Source: a virus
Lineage: Duplodnaviria > Caudoviricetes
Virus record (IMG/VR): IMGVR_UViG_3300025120_010521
Direction: 5' to 3' (one strand)
Length of the DNA: 64,000 nucleotides
How positions within the stretch are numbered: the stretch's first letter is position 1; the number at the start of each line of letters is the position of its first letter. The position numbers and the translations under genes were made by a program. This document shows positions 8,856 through 18,304 of the stretch, piece after piece. The notes beneath the pieces were generated by a model. The model worked only from the letters and a program-made list of their open reading frames with translations. It was not told where the DNA came from and did not search any database.

Positions 8856-8894
8856 CTAGAAAAGTTAACAATTGTGGCCAGTGTTATCCACAAA

Positions 8895-10334
8895 TTAAAT
8901 ATTATGTTTTGTTTGGCTTTGTTTTACCCAATTGTTAAACATAGTTTGTGGGTCTGTTTGTTCTTTTAAGCCTTTTCTTACCATACCCATTACACTTGGT
9001 TTAGTAATGATTTTTGATAATTTCATTACAACATCAATTACATCATCTTTGTAACTGATTGGTAAGTCTTTGCCGTTTGCAAGTGTACGCATAGCAGTTT
9101 TAAATCTTGATACTTTGTTTTTTGGTACCATGCCTTGTCTTGCTAACATATCAAGTTTTGATAAATCTTGTTGCGAAAGTGATTCTGCCAATGCTCTTGA
9201 AAGTAAATTTGCTTTGCCTGGATTATTAAGTGCTTTTGCAACTTTTAAAAGCAAAGGTTGTAGTGCTTGTTGTCTTGTTGGATCAATATTATTACCTGAT
9301 GCTAATTTTTTAATTGCAACCATAGTTGTCGCATTTGCATTTGGGTCTGTTTTTTTAAGTAAATCTAATTTTACTTTAATATCTTTAGCATCTTCCGGTG
9401 ATGCATCTGGTGTTGCTTTTGTACGTGATTGTTTTGCCGCCATTGCTTGTTTAATTCCTGGAGTAATAGCATCTTGATCAACATTTGCATTTGCATCTGG
9501 TTCAACATCCATACCATGATTTGTTTTAAACCAACCTTTGACCTGTGCCGCATCTGGGTCACTTTGTTTAAATTGTAAATAACTTTTCCAAACATCATTA
9601 GCAACTTGACCAATGTTTGCTTCAGCATCTGCTTTAGTTTTCATATCCCCTAAACCAGGAACTTTGCCTACAACTTTTTTTGCTTTGTTAACTGCTTTTT
9701 TAATAGCACCAAATGGTGCCTCATCAACTGATTCATCTTTGATTAATTCTTCTTGATGCCTTGCAAGTTCTTCTATCGAATCAAAAACACCTGTCATCTT
9801 ACCATTTTTATATGAATAAAATTTTCCTTTATGATTTCTAGCTGACAGTCCATATTTGTTCATACTTGTTTGCGATGACCCATCTTCAAGTAAACCTAAA
9901 TCATCAATCCTATCTGCAATCCAAACATCTGGATCTCCTTCTCTGGCTTTCATAATACCATATGGCATTTCGCCTGAATTCATATAGTAACCAAATAATT
10001 CATCATACACTTCAGATCCATATTCAATATCATCTGTGCTTTTAATATTGTGTTTGATTAATATTGCTTTGATTGTGTTATATTCAGTTGATTCATTTAA
10101 ATCTTTTTTCATTTGTTCTTTTGATTTGCTGTATTTCTTTTGAAACTCTTGATCTGATAATGTTTTAATATCAGCATCTATGTCTGACATTCTACCTTCA
10201 TTTTTGTTAGGCTTGCCATGTTTGTTGTGTTGAGCCCATGCAATGGCGTATGGTGCACCTGGATCGTCAAACTTCTTTTTTAGTTTTTTAACTTGTTTTT
10301 CTCTTCCTGGTGGTGCTATTTCGCTAAATTTCAT
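8895..10334 (-). CDS. Modular putative virion internal protein
   Basis: N-terminus MKFSEIA; short modules separated by ...KNE/LNE/LLE/VDE/LAE/LKE; SD GTAGGAG. Confidence 0.65.
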   Translation of the reverse strand: MKFSEIAPPGREKQVKKLKKKFDDPGAPYAIAWAQHNKHGKPNKNEGRMSDIDADIKTLSDQEFQKKYSKSKEQMKKDLNESTEYNTIKAILIKHNIKSTDDIEYGSEVYDELFGYYMNSGEMPYGIMKAREGDPDVWIADRIDDLGLLEDGSSQTSMNKYGLSARNHKGKFYSYKNGKMTGVFDSIEELARHQEELIKDESVDEAPFGAIKKAVNKAKKVVGKVPGLGDMKTKADAEANIGQVANDVWKSYLQFKQSDPDAAQVKGWFKTNHGMDVEPDANANVDQDAITPGIKQAMAAKQSRTKATPDASPEDAKDIKVKLDLLKKTDPNANATTMVAIKKLASGNNIDPTRQQALQPLLLKVAKALNNPGKANLLSRALAESLSQQDLSKLDMLARQGMVPKNKVSRFKTAMRTLANGKDLPISYKDDVIDVVMKLSKIITKPSVMGMVRKGLKEQTDPQTMFNNWVKQSQTKHNI

Positions 10335-10354
10335 TGTGTACTCCTACTTTATAT

Positions 10355-10606
10355 TTATCGCTTTAACATAGGATATATGTCTTTTACTTTGGTTCTATAT
10401 GCTAGTGTATCTGCACTATACCCCATTTGTGCTATATTTTTGTGTTTTTTACGTGCATTTTTAAAAATTTTACCAAATGGATCAACTGCTTTACGGGCCT
10501 GTGCTTTTGTAGTACCTGGTGTTATTGGAAATGCAATTGTGGCTATATTACCACTTGCTGTTGAACCTGCAGTTGCATCTTCTGTTATAATGTCATTTAT
10601 ACGCAT
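10355..10606 (-). CDS. Small putative internal protein
   Basis: MRINDIITE followed by a basic mature region. Confidence 0.6.
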   Translation of the reverse strand: MRINDIITEDATAGSTASGNIATIAFPITPGTTKAQARKAVDPFGKIFKNARKKHKNIAQMGYSADTLAYRTKVKDIYPMLKR

Positions 10607-10620
10607 AAAGATATTTATCT

Positions 10621-10845
10621 TTAACTTAACTTTTTCTTAATCCATAATACAAGTGCGTACACAGTAATTGCGTACACTGTAGCAACACCAATATCTAATA
10701 AGTGTTCACGCATATGATATATAAATTCAATACCTGCTTGTACATCGCCCATATTACCAGTTGATGTCGTTTGCATTATTTCAACATTACCGGCACCGTC
10801 ACCGATATTAATTTCTTTTCCACTGTATGGATTATCTTCTGACAT
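10621..10845 (-). CDS. Small membrane protein, C-terminal TM helix
   Basis: IGVATVYAITVYALVLWIKKK. Confidence 0.7.
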   Translation of the reverse strand: MSEDNPYSGKEINIGDGAGNVEIMQTTSTGNMGDVQAGIEFIYHMREHLLDIGVATVYAITVYALVLWIKKKLS

Positions 10846-11042
10846 TATTTTTTTCTCCCTGACTTCATGTTAGCACACCAGTGATACATTTTTGCTTTTT
10901 CTCCTGATGCTTTTTTAGCCTTTGCTCTTAGACTAGTAACTGATCCTTTGCAACTTGCTCCTGAACGTTTTACTCTACCAGGACGTGATTTACCTTTTTT
11001 CTTGCCATCAGCAAAATTTTCTGTTAGTTCTATGTATCTCAT
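10845..11042 (-). CDS. Small basic putative internal protein
   Basis: MRYIELTE followed by a K/R-rich, two-Cys module. Confidence 0.65.
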   Translation of the reverse strand: MRYIELTENFADGKKKGKSRPGRVKRSGASCKGSVTSLRAKAKKASGEKAKMYHWCANMKSGRKK

Positions 11043-11440
11043 TTTTTGTACTTGTTACTAACGTTTTTTGCTTTGCCTTTTCTATCTGGATTTGAATCTT
11101 TTCTGCGTTTTCTATTTACTGCTTGAGCTATTGCTTTCTTACCGCCTTTGGATCTTAACGAAGACGCTCTTGCTTTTGATAAACATTTTGGCTTGCCTTC
11201 ACCTGATTTCGAATCACCACATTTGCCAATTCTTTCGCCTTTGGTGTTGTAACGATCCCAGCCACCGCCACCTGCGCCACCTTTTTTGCCTTTGCCAAAC
11301 CAAGCACGTAGATCTTCTTCTACGTTTTCTTGTGCTTCTTTTTTTACACAGTTAGGAACACGTTTTCCAAATAACATTTTTGTGCCTTTTTTCTGGTAAC
11401 CCTTCCAGCACTTCTCATCTAATAACTCAATTAGCTTCAT
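11039..11440 (-). CDS. Two-module basic putative internal protein
   Basis: MKLIELLDE-KCWKGY...PNCVK; VEE-DLRAWFG...GKPKC. Confidence 0.65.
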   Translation of the reverse strand: MKLIELLDEKCWKGYQKKGTKMLFGKRVPNCVKKEAQENVEEDLRAWFGKGKKGGAGGGGWDRYNTKGERIGKCGDSKSGEGKPKCLSKARASSLRSKGGKKAIAQAVNRKRRKDSNPDRKGKAKNVSNKYKK

Positions 11441-11631
11441 TACTTTTTACTCTTATTTCCCCAATTCTTAGCACCAACTTTTCTGCATTTTACTAGAGCA
11501 CCGCTGGCGTAAGCTGACGGCCACACTTTATAACGTGATTTAACTTTATGATAACAAGCATCTTTCTTTTCAGCAAGTGTATCAAACTCATCTTCTGTAA
11601 GTGCTTTTAATTTAATTTCATTTATTCTCAT
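11440..11631 (-). CDS. Small basic putative internal protein
   Basis: MRINEI...LAE-KKDACYHKVKSRYKVWPSAYASGALVKCR. Confidence 0.65.
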   Translation of the reverse strand: MRINEIKLKALTEDEFDTLAEKKDACYHKVKSRYKVWPSAYASGALVKCRKVGAKNWGNKSKK

Positions 11632-11645
11632 AATGTCTCCTAATA

Positions 11646-12356
11646 CTAATATTTACCAAATGCCCAATATTTTTCTTCACACCACCAACATGTTTCACAA
11701 GGTGTAACATAGCCGTTAGTTTCTTGTGATTCACCTTCACAAGACCATGTTAACGGCAATAACGTATTAATTAACCCGTGTTGCTTATACATATCTGCAA
11801 CAAATTTCTTATCTGTATTAAAAAATGGTCGCATACCCATACCATCATCTTGTATAACTACGTGATTAAGGTCTGGATTTCGTCTATCTACTTGATCAGT
11901 GTCATGCGACATTGTTGTATGTGGTGGGTTAGATGTTATACCATCATACAATACATCCCATGTTCTAATTTCAAAATTATTTTTATCTCTATCTGTAAAT
12001 TCTTTTAATTCAGTTTGATGGGCATCATTTAAATCTGGATAATAAATTACATGATCTTTCATGTTCTTAAAATTTAAAAGTTCAATAACTTTGTTTATAA
12101 CTTGAGATGCTTTTACAGGATTCCATGGGCGTTGTCGTCTGACTGACATTGGTTGCACTTTAATATTTAAGTTTTTATCTTGTACTTGTTTACAAAGTAA
12201 ATATAGTAACAAACTAGAATCTGCTCCACCAGAACACCATATACCCAATGTGTTTACTTCGCGAGTGTTGTTTGTAAATTTAGGAATTACTATATCAATT
12301 GATTCAGACTTATTTGTATTATAATACGTTTGTCTTGTTAATTCTTGCCATTTCAT
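11646..12356 (-). CDS. QueC-like PP-loop ATPase
   Basis: CSGGADS PP-loop; TWSCE...CETCWWCEE Zn-like motif; start at MKWQEL (ATGA overlap with the SOD stop). Confidence 0.65.
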   Translation of the reverse strand: MKWQELTRQTYYNTNKSESIDIVIPKFTNNTREVNTLGIWCSGGADSSLLLYLLCKQVQDKNLNIKVQPMSVRRQRPWNPVKASQVINKVIELLNFKNMKDHVIYYPDLNDAHQTELKEFTDRDKNNFEIRTWDVLYDGITSNPPHTTMSHDTDQVDRRNPDLNHVVIQDDGMGMRPFFNTDKKFVADMYKQHGLINTLLPLTWSCEGESQETNGYVTPCETCWWCEEKYWAFGKY

Positions 12357-12997
12357 CTTCCCATCCTTAGGTTGATTTGATTCCAATCAATAATAGTCAT
12401 TATACTTTTAATGTATTTTGCTTTTGCATCTTTGGCAGGAATATAATCCGTAAATGAATGTTCCCACATATCAATTGGCATTAGTATGTCTGACTTGTAA
12501 GATTGATTTGGTGTTGTTTTAAGTTCGCCTGACTTACTTAAATATACCCAACCACTACCTTGTATGGTCATTGCTGTAGCAATCATTTCTTCTGTAAATG
12601 AATTAAGATCGCCAAATCTGTGTTCAATTAATTCTTTAATGGCACCATCTGGTTTTGATCCATCTGCTTTTTGCAGTTGTTCCCAGAATAGGTTGTGTAG
12701 CATTGCACCACCATAGTTAAAATCTGGATCACCTTCTTTGTTATTATATCTTGTTACGTATCCGTTTGATAATATGTTGTAGTGATATTCTACATTGTCT
12801 TTAGATAGCACTGGTGCTAAATCTTTTGTTTCATAAGCCAACTTTTTTAGTTCTAGTTTTTGTGGTTTTGACTCGTTCATAGATAGTTTCATCCTTTCAT
12901 GATGTCTTCGTGCAAACTCTTTGCGAGGATTTGGCATTTGTATAAAATGCGGATTCTCGCCAATGCCTGCTAGTTGTTTTAATCTTGCTATATCCAT
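12353..12997 (-). CDS. sod: Fe/Mn superoxide dismutase with N-terminal leader
   Basis: EYH...Y, LHNLFW, IQGSGW, DMWEH metal-ligand motifs; about 40-aa leader MDIARLKQLAGIGE. Confidence 0.85.
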   Translation of the reverse strand: MDIARLKQLAGIGENPHFIQMPNPRKEFARRHHERMKLSMNESKPQKLELKKLAYETKDLAPVLSKDNVEYHYNILSNGYVTRYNNKEGDPDFNYGGAMLHNLFWEQLQKADGSKPDGAIKELIEHRFGDLNSFTEEMIATAMTIQGSGWVYLSKSGELKTTPNQSYKSDILMPIDMWEHSFTDYIPAKDAKAKYIKSIMTIIDWNQINLRMGR

Positions 12998-12998
12998 A

Positions 12999-15830
12999 TT
13001 ATTTTATAGCAACTTGGTAAGCCATACCACGTTGCTTTTGTCCTCTTACATAAGTATCGCCAATTGTTACAAATTGCATTAATGCTTCTGTTGGTTCATC
13101 AATTGATATTGTTTGTACTCCATCACTTGATAATCTAACTAATAACATAGAATGTAATCCTTGTTTAACTTTATAACTTTGGAAAGCAATTTTTCCAAGT
13201 TGTAAAGGAGAAACATTTGGATAGTTTACAACTGCACTGTCAATTAACCCATCGTCAGCACTTTGATATGCTGTCTTTAATACTAATTTAAAAATTTGTT
13301 TTTGTTGTTCTGATGTTAACGGATTATTTGGATCCTTAGCATATTGCGGATCACTTAATACTTGAGCTAAATGTGGTTGTTTAACTCTTGTTGTTTTTCC
13401 TGGTAGTGTCCTAACACCAGCAGGAACTAATTCTTTATTTAATAAACTATCTGGTCTATTTAAATATGTTTCTAAAGGAGTATCATCATATGCTGTCCAT
13501 CTGCCTCCGCCGCCTGAACTAGTAGATGCTTTAGCTTTAACTTCAATTAATTTACCGCCCCATTTTAAATCGTAACCAGCATCTGGTGACGTTCCAACTG
13601 TAATTTTTCTGTGGAAAGCCGCTAGTGCAACTTCGCCTGGACCAGCTTCACCGGCAAATTTTCCTTGCAATTGAGGATCGTTAATCATTTTTTGGAACAT
13701 TACTGAAGCAATGCCTGATCCTGTCCACCAATCGTCCATAGATTTAACATCACCACTGCCATCAAATAAAATTTCTGGTTTAATATAATTTTGTCTGCCA
13801 AATTCTTTTAGAAATTGAATTTTGGTTGGTATTGGAACTTCCATATCAACTATTATTTGCGATAATCTATTAATAAATTGTTTAGCGTCACTATCCTTAC
13901 CAAAAGCAAATTTTACAATGTTTCCAATATTTCCTGAACGTAAGATACTTGCAACTTTATTTAAAAGTTTTGGATTATCAGTTTTTTGTATTCTTGTTAT
14001 TATTTGTTTTTTTAAAGTATCTGGATCAACTTCGTCTTCTTTTATCATGCCATGTTTAATTAAAAGTTTTTCTAACTGTTCTTTGACCGGTAGCATGTAA
14101 TGATTCTTTCTGCCTTTGGTCAAGTATGAAAGTGTACGCCAAGTTTTAAACCAATCTTCTGTGCCTGGTTTTGATGTTGCTTTCATTTTTTGATGCATTT
14201 CTGTACCTGGATGTGTTAACAAGCTCATTTCGCCGCCATCATTTTGATATGGAACCTCAGCTGGATTTGATATTGTTTTTTTAGCTTCTTTTACTAGATG
14301 ATTAATACTTTTTTTAATTCCTTGCAAATCCATTTGTTGTTGTAGTGTTAAGTCTTTGTTTGAGCCATTAATTTTAATTAATGCTTCTTGCATACGTTTT
14401 ACACGTCTTAAATTTTTTGGTGTCATTATTGGTGGTACTCCATCTTTAGTTACTTTAAATCCAAATTTAGCTGACTGCTTTTTGATTGCATCAACACCAA
14501 CATCATGTGTAGTGTTTATGCCCTTAACAACTCTGCCACCATGTTCTGTTAAATTATTTTTTTCTTTGAAGTCTTTTATACTGTTTTGTACTTTTGACAA
14601 TGGATCTTCATCTGCTTGATACTTAACACCATAACCTCCACGTTGTAGCCAACCTTGTATATTTCTTCCTCTATCATCAATTAGTATATTTTGTGTTCCA
14701 TCTGATTGTACAGCATATGAATCTTTTCTTCCAACAACAATAATTTCATCTGGTTGTATAGCAAGTTCTCTTTTAATCCATTTAATCTTTTGTACTTTTG
14801 AATTTTCATGGTCACCTCTCAACGGAGATGATAATATTTTGTAACTACCAAATTCTTTTACAATCATTTGTATTAATTTGTCTGTAGTTGGAAATTTTGG
14901 TAATCTATTAAAAAAATCTGTACCAATCATTTTATCTAATGTTGGATCTGTTTTAGCAGGTGGAATATCTTTGTAATTTCCTGTAGTTACTCCTGCAAGT
15001 TTGGCATACTCGGCAAAAAAGTTTGCAAGTACTCCATCCATATCAACATAAGCGATTGGTTTACTTTCTGGTGCTTCTAGTTTTGCACTTTCATTAATAT
15101 CATATGATTTGCTTTTGTGTTTTGTATAACCTCTTTTGTCTAGTGCTTTTTTATCTTTGTGTGATCCTGCCGCACCGCTTTTTCTAATGGCTTCCATGTC
15201 TTTCCAATTTGGATCACGTGATTTGATATCTGGTTTCTTTGGCATCTTTGGTTTATTTGCCATTTCCATAATTCCCATACCTTGTCTTACTTTTGTGTAC
15301 AATTGTTGTTTTAATTTTTCGCCACCATCAATAGTTTGTGAAAATGTGTTAAAGTCTCCTGCTTTTGCAAGTGCTCTTGCCTTAGATGCTGACACACCAG
15401 ATACATCAGTAGCATCTGCATCTCTTTCGCCTGAACTTACTATTGAAAATTTCTCAATACCAAAATCTTTAAGATATGGTCTCATTTGTGATTCAAAGTC
15501 TTGTTTACGATCAGAACCAACTACCATAATAACTTCGTTATATTGTTTACCTAATTCTTCTAATGCTTCCCACGGTGTACGAATTGCTGGATCGTCCATA
15601 ATATTCATATGTGGAAACATTGCTCTTAAGAATGTAATTTTATCTTTGTACTGTAATGGATTTTTTTTTGGATCATTAGTTTTACCTGTAAACACATAAT
15701 GGTCTGCACCGCTAGATGCATTTTTTACAACATCCATTAATCGTGCATGTCCTTTAGTTGGAGGATTAAATCTACCAAATGTAAACACTGCCTTTTTTGC
15801 GTTTGGTTCTAATAATTCATTTATGTCCAT
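12999..15830 (-). CDS. Multidomain protein: cytidylyltransferase-like + HAD 5'(3')-nucleotidase-like + PD-(D/E)xK nuclease-like
   Basis: TFGRFNPPTKGH and VVGSDR; YVDMDGVLANF and LIDD; GPGEVALA...YDLKWGGKLIEVK. Confidence 0.75.
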   Translation of the reverse strand: MDINELLEPNAKKAVFTFGRFNPPTKGHARLMDVVKNASSGADHYVFTGKTNDPKKNPLQYKDKITFLRAMFPHMNIMDDPAIRTPWEALEELGKQYNEVIMVVGSDRKQDFESQMRPYLKDFGIEKFSIVSSGERDADATDVSGVSASKARALAKAGDFNTFSQTIDGGEKLKQQLYTKVRQGMGIMEMANKPKMPKKPDIKSRDPNWKDMEAIRKSGAAGSHKDKKALDKRGYTKHKSKSYDINESAKLEAPESKPIAYVDMDGVLANFFAEYAKLAGVTTGNYKDIPPAKTDPTLDKMIGTDFFNRLPKFPTTDKLIQMIVKEFGSYKILSSPLRGDHENSKVQKIKWIKRELAIQPDEIIVVGRKDSYAVQSDGTQNILIDDRGRNIQGWLQRGGYGVKYQADEDPLSKVQNSIKDFKEKNNLTEHGGRVVKGINTTHDVGVDAIKKQSAKFGFKVTKDGVPPIMTPKNLRRVKRMQEALIKINGSNKDLTLQQQMDLQGIKKSINHLVKEAKKTISNPAEVPYQNDGGEMSLLTHPGTEMHQKMKATSKPGTEDWFKTWRTLSYLTKGRKNHYMLPVKEQLEKLLIKHGMIKEDEVDPDTLKKQIITRIQKTDNPKLLNKVASILRSGNIGNIVKFAFGKDSDAKQFINRLSQIIVDMEVPIPTKIQFLKEFGRQNYIKPEILFDGSGDVKSMDDWWTGSGIASVMFQKMINDPQLQGKFAGEAGPGEVALAAFHRKITVGTSPDAGYDLKWGGKLIEVKAKASTSSGGGGRWTAYDDTPLETYLNRPDSLLNKELVPAGVRTLPGKTTRVKQPHLAQVLSDPQYAKDPNNPLTSEQQKQIFKLVLKTAYQSADDGLIDSAVVNYPNVSPLQLGKIAFQSYKVKQGLHSMLLVRLSSDGVQTISIDEPTEALMQFVTIGDTYVRGQKQRGMAYQVAIK

Positions 15831-15977
15831 TTATCTTCTTTTGCCTTGTCCGTTATATTGTTTATAAGAACGTCTTTTGGATTTATTCATCGATGACATT
15901 TTTAATCTGCCACGACCAATTGTTGTTCTTTTTGCTACATGGTTGATTGTAGACTCTTGTCCCATCATCTTTGCCAT
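15831..15977 (-). CDS. 48-aa very basic protein (below track cutoff)
   Basis: MAKMMGQESTINHVAKRTTIGRGRLKMSSMNKSKRRSYKQYNGQGKRR fills the gap between two ORFs exactly. Confidence 0.75.
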   Translation of the reverse strand: MAKMMGQESTINHVAKRTTIGRGRLKMSSMNKSKRRSYKQYNGQGKRR

Positions 15978-15978
15978 A

Positions 15979-16350
15979 TTATGCTCCTATTTTTAAATTT
16001 ACTTCACTGTACTCATTATCATCCATCTTTTGTAATTCATCATCAGCAATTGATTTAGCCGCTAAATTTCTCACAAGTCCTGGAAACTTAACTCTTGCCA
16101 TTGGACCTGCTTCTTTTTTAGCTACGTTATCAATTAAGTAACGCCATAATTTAATTGCTAGATTATGATCGTAAACACCTTTAGCACGTTTACGCATAAG
16201 ATTTTTAATAATTGGCATATATTGACTTCTATAAAGATCTCCATCATTTGTTGCTAATAATTCTAACTCATCAGCAAGATCTTGAACTTTAGTAGGGTCA
16301 ACAGTACCTTCTTGTACTTCTAGTAAATAATCTTTAAATTGTCTAGTCAT
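15979..16350 (-). CDS. Putative internal protein
   Basis: MTRQFKDYLLE N-terminus; own upstream promoter motifs. Confidence 0.6.
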   Translation of the reverse strand: MTRQFKDYLLEVQEGTVDPTKVQDLADELELLATNDGDLYRSQYMPIIKNLMRKRAKGVYDHNLAIKLWRYLIDNVAKKEAGPMARVKFPGLVRNLAAKSIADDELQKMDDNEYSEVNLKIGA

Positions 16351-16412
16351 AACTAATTCCTAATAGTATTGTATATACTAGTGTATTTATACTGTCAAGA
16401 AAAATTAGAAAC

Positions 16413-16979
16413 TTAATTAAATGTGATATATTCGTCTTTATTAGGCTTTACATCATCATCATTAGTTGAATTTCCAGGTTCTGTTCCTGGAGTCTCTATT
16501 TCTTGCTGTAATATTGGATTCCAAAACGTTCCCATATTTGGACCTGCATATCCTACACCAATAGCTAAATTAATATCATCACCATGATAGCATCCACAAA
16601 ATCCTATATCAAGTCCATAATTTACTGCTGATGTAACTGTAAACATTGCCGCCAAGCCAATTTCCATTAATGAATTGCTGTTTGCTCCTTCATCACCACT
16701 ATCTCTATATGAAAAAGTAAACAAGTACGGAGCCATTACTTGAGGATTGCGTCTATCTTCCGGAGAATCAACATCACACCAAGTATTTTTAAATATTTGA
16801 TTTCGTTTTTCTGGATTTGACCAATCTAAAACTTCAATTTTGTATGGAACTGCGTTTTGCTTACTTGGACAATTATTGTGTACTTCATCTAATATTTGAT
16901 TAATAATGTTACGATCAGGAACTTTGTTAGACCAACTAAACGTTTGCTTTTTGTTTTTAAGTATATCTTGCCAATCCAT
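16413..16979 (-). CDS. Nitroreductase-like protein
   Basis: KQTFSW...PDRNIINQIL...CPSKQN..PY and A...GLDIGFCGC pattern. Confidence 0.5.
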   Translation of the reverse strand: MDWQDILKNKKQTFSWSNKVPDRNIINQILDEVHNNCPSKQNAVPYKIEVLDWSNPEKRNQIFKNTWCDVDSPEDRRNPQVMAPYLFTFSYRDSGDEGANSNSLMEIGLAAMFTVTSAVNYGLDIGFCGCYHGDDINLAIGVGYAGPNMGTFWNPILQQEIETPGTEPGNSTNDDDVKPNKDEYITFN

Positions 16980-17017
16980 ATCTATATAAATCCCTATATA
17001 GTATATTTATAATTGGA

Positions 17018-17611
17018 TTATCCCCATGGCTTCTTATCAAGGTCAACTGTGATACCTTGTGCTTTTAACCCTTTTATTACGTTTTGTACACCAACTACCT
17101 GTCTAAATGTGTCATGTAGTGCATGGTGCTTGTCTGCTTGTGGCATTTGTGCTTGGATTCCAAAGCCAAACAATGTTCTAGTATCTCTTATGTCGTAATA
17201 ACTCCATGGAACTCCAACTTCCATTTTACGCATAATATTGTCAACAATCATTAAATCAAAGCATGATCCATGGCTCCAAGGACGTTTTACACCAAATGAA
17301 AACTTACGCAACTCTTTCATTGCGTCTTGTATTGTGATCCTATCACCGTTGTCACCAAATGCTTCATCTTGTGCTTCTTTTGATTGTGTTGACCACCAAT
17401 TGATTGTTTCTTCGTTGACTTTACACCCAAGTGCTGTGCATGAATCTAAATCAATTCTTCTGTACATAACTTGATGTGGTGGAAGATCTGAAACTTTAAT
17501 TTTGCTATAATCTGCGTGTGGATCAAATCTAATTGCGGCCATAGTAACAATTGCCGCATCGTTAGATGTAGCTAGAGTTTCTAAATCAATCATTAAATCT
17601 GTGTTTGCCAT
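17018..17611 (-). CDS. DEDDh 3'-5' exonuclease (Rv2179c-like)
   Basis: LMIDLETL, WSHGSCFD, IRDTRTL, HHALHD. Confidence 0.85.
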   Translation of the reverse strand: MANTDLMIDLETLATSNDAAIVTMAAIRFDPHADYSKIKVSDLPPHQVMYRRIDLDSCTALGCKVNEETINWWSTQSKEAQDEAFGDNGDRITIQDAMKELRKFSFGVKRPWSHGSCFDLMIVDNIMRKMEVGVPWSYYDIRDTRTLFGFGIQAQMPQADKHHALHDTFRQVVGVQNVIKGLKAQGITVDLDKKPWG

Positions 17612-17617
17612 ATTTTT

Positions 17618-17645
17618 ATTATAGCATCAATTAGTTATTTGTAAA
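17618..17645 (-). promoter_or_regulatory. Sigma70 extended -10 promoter, leaderless
   Basis: TTTACA-16-TATAAT with TGC before the -10; 6 nt to ATG. Confidence 0.65.
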
Positions 17646-17650
17646 GAGGT

Positions 17651-18292
17651 TTATTCTTCTGATTTGTCTTTATATTGCCATTCGTCAGTGTGTCCAACTG
17701 ACCATTTAGGTTCATTTTCAACTGTATAATTTTGTGTACAAACTTTAAAGTCTGGCATTTTACGATCAGGATGTACTAGACTTTGGTCTGTAAATATAGT
17801 TCTATTGTTTGGCTGTGCCGCAAACTGTCCATTGTCTAGTTTAATAAAATTAAATGACTTATGCTCTGGATCATGTTCTGAAAAATTTGTATTAAGTGTA
17901 TTATTGTCTCTATGACAAGTATCAAGTGTAAAAATGTATTCGCCTTTGTGCATATTTTTGTCTTTACCAAAAAATTGACAATCAGCTAACATTGGCTTTT
18001 TAATTACTGTAATATCGTAATCAAAACAATCCCATATTTGTAATGTATCTAAAGGAAGTTGGTTATCTTTGTCGTAGTCTATTTTCCAGACGAATGCTGA
18101 AATTGGAAGTTTATCATATAATGCACCATATTCTGTTAGTAGTGTTTCTATGTATAATGCTTTACCCATTATACTTCTAATTGATATCCAAACTCCAGGT
18201 GTTAGTTCACCATGACCTTTTTGTAGATCATAAAGATATTCTTTTTTTACATATACTTCAATTGGTGGAAGATTGTGTACTAGGAAGCTCAT
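17651..18292 (-). CDS. Conserved marine-phage hypothetical protein
   Basis: HNLPP..VYVKKEYLYDLQKGHGE; QFAAQPNNR; familiar by eye, function unknown. Confidence 0.7.
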   Translation of the reverse strand: MSFLVHNLPPIEVYVKKEYLYDLQKGHGELTPGVWISIRSIMGKALYIETLLTEYGALYDKLPISAFVWKIDYDKDNQLPLDTLQIWDCFDYDITVIKKPMLADCQFFGKDKNMHKGEYIFTLDTCHRDNNTLNTNFSEHDPEHKSFNFIKLDNGQFAAQPNNRTIFTDQSLVHPDRKMPDFKVCTQNYTVENEPKWSVGHTDEWQYKDKSEE

Positions 18293-18304
18293 CCGATGCC
18301 TCCG

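Noticed and set aside
11646-12356. Complete 7-deazaguanine DNA-modification system from QueC-like plus QueD
   Set aside because: The two genes are 47 kb apart, and no FolE, clear QueE or DpdA is in the window; this cannot be supported from here.
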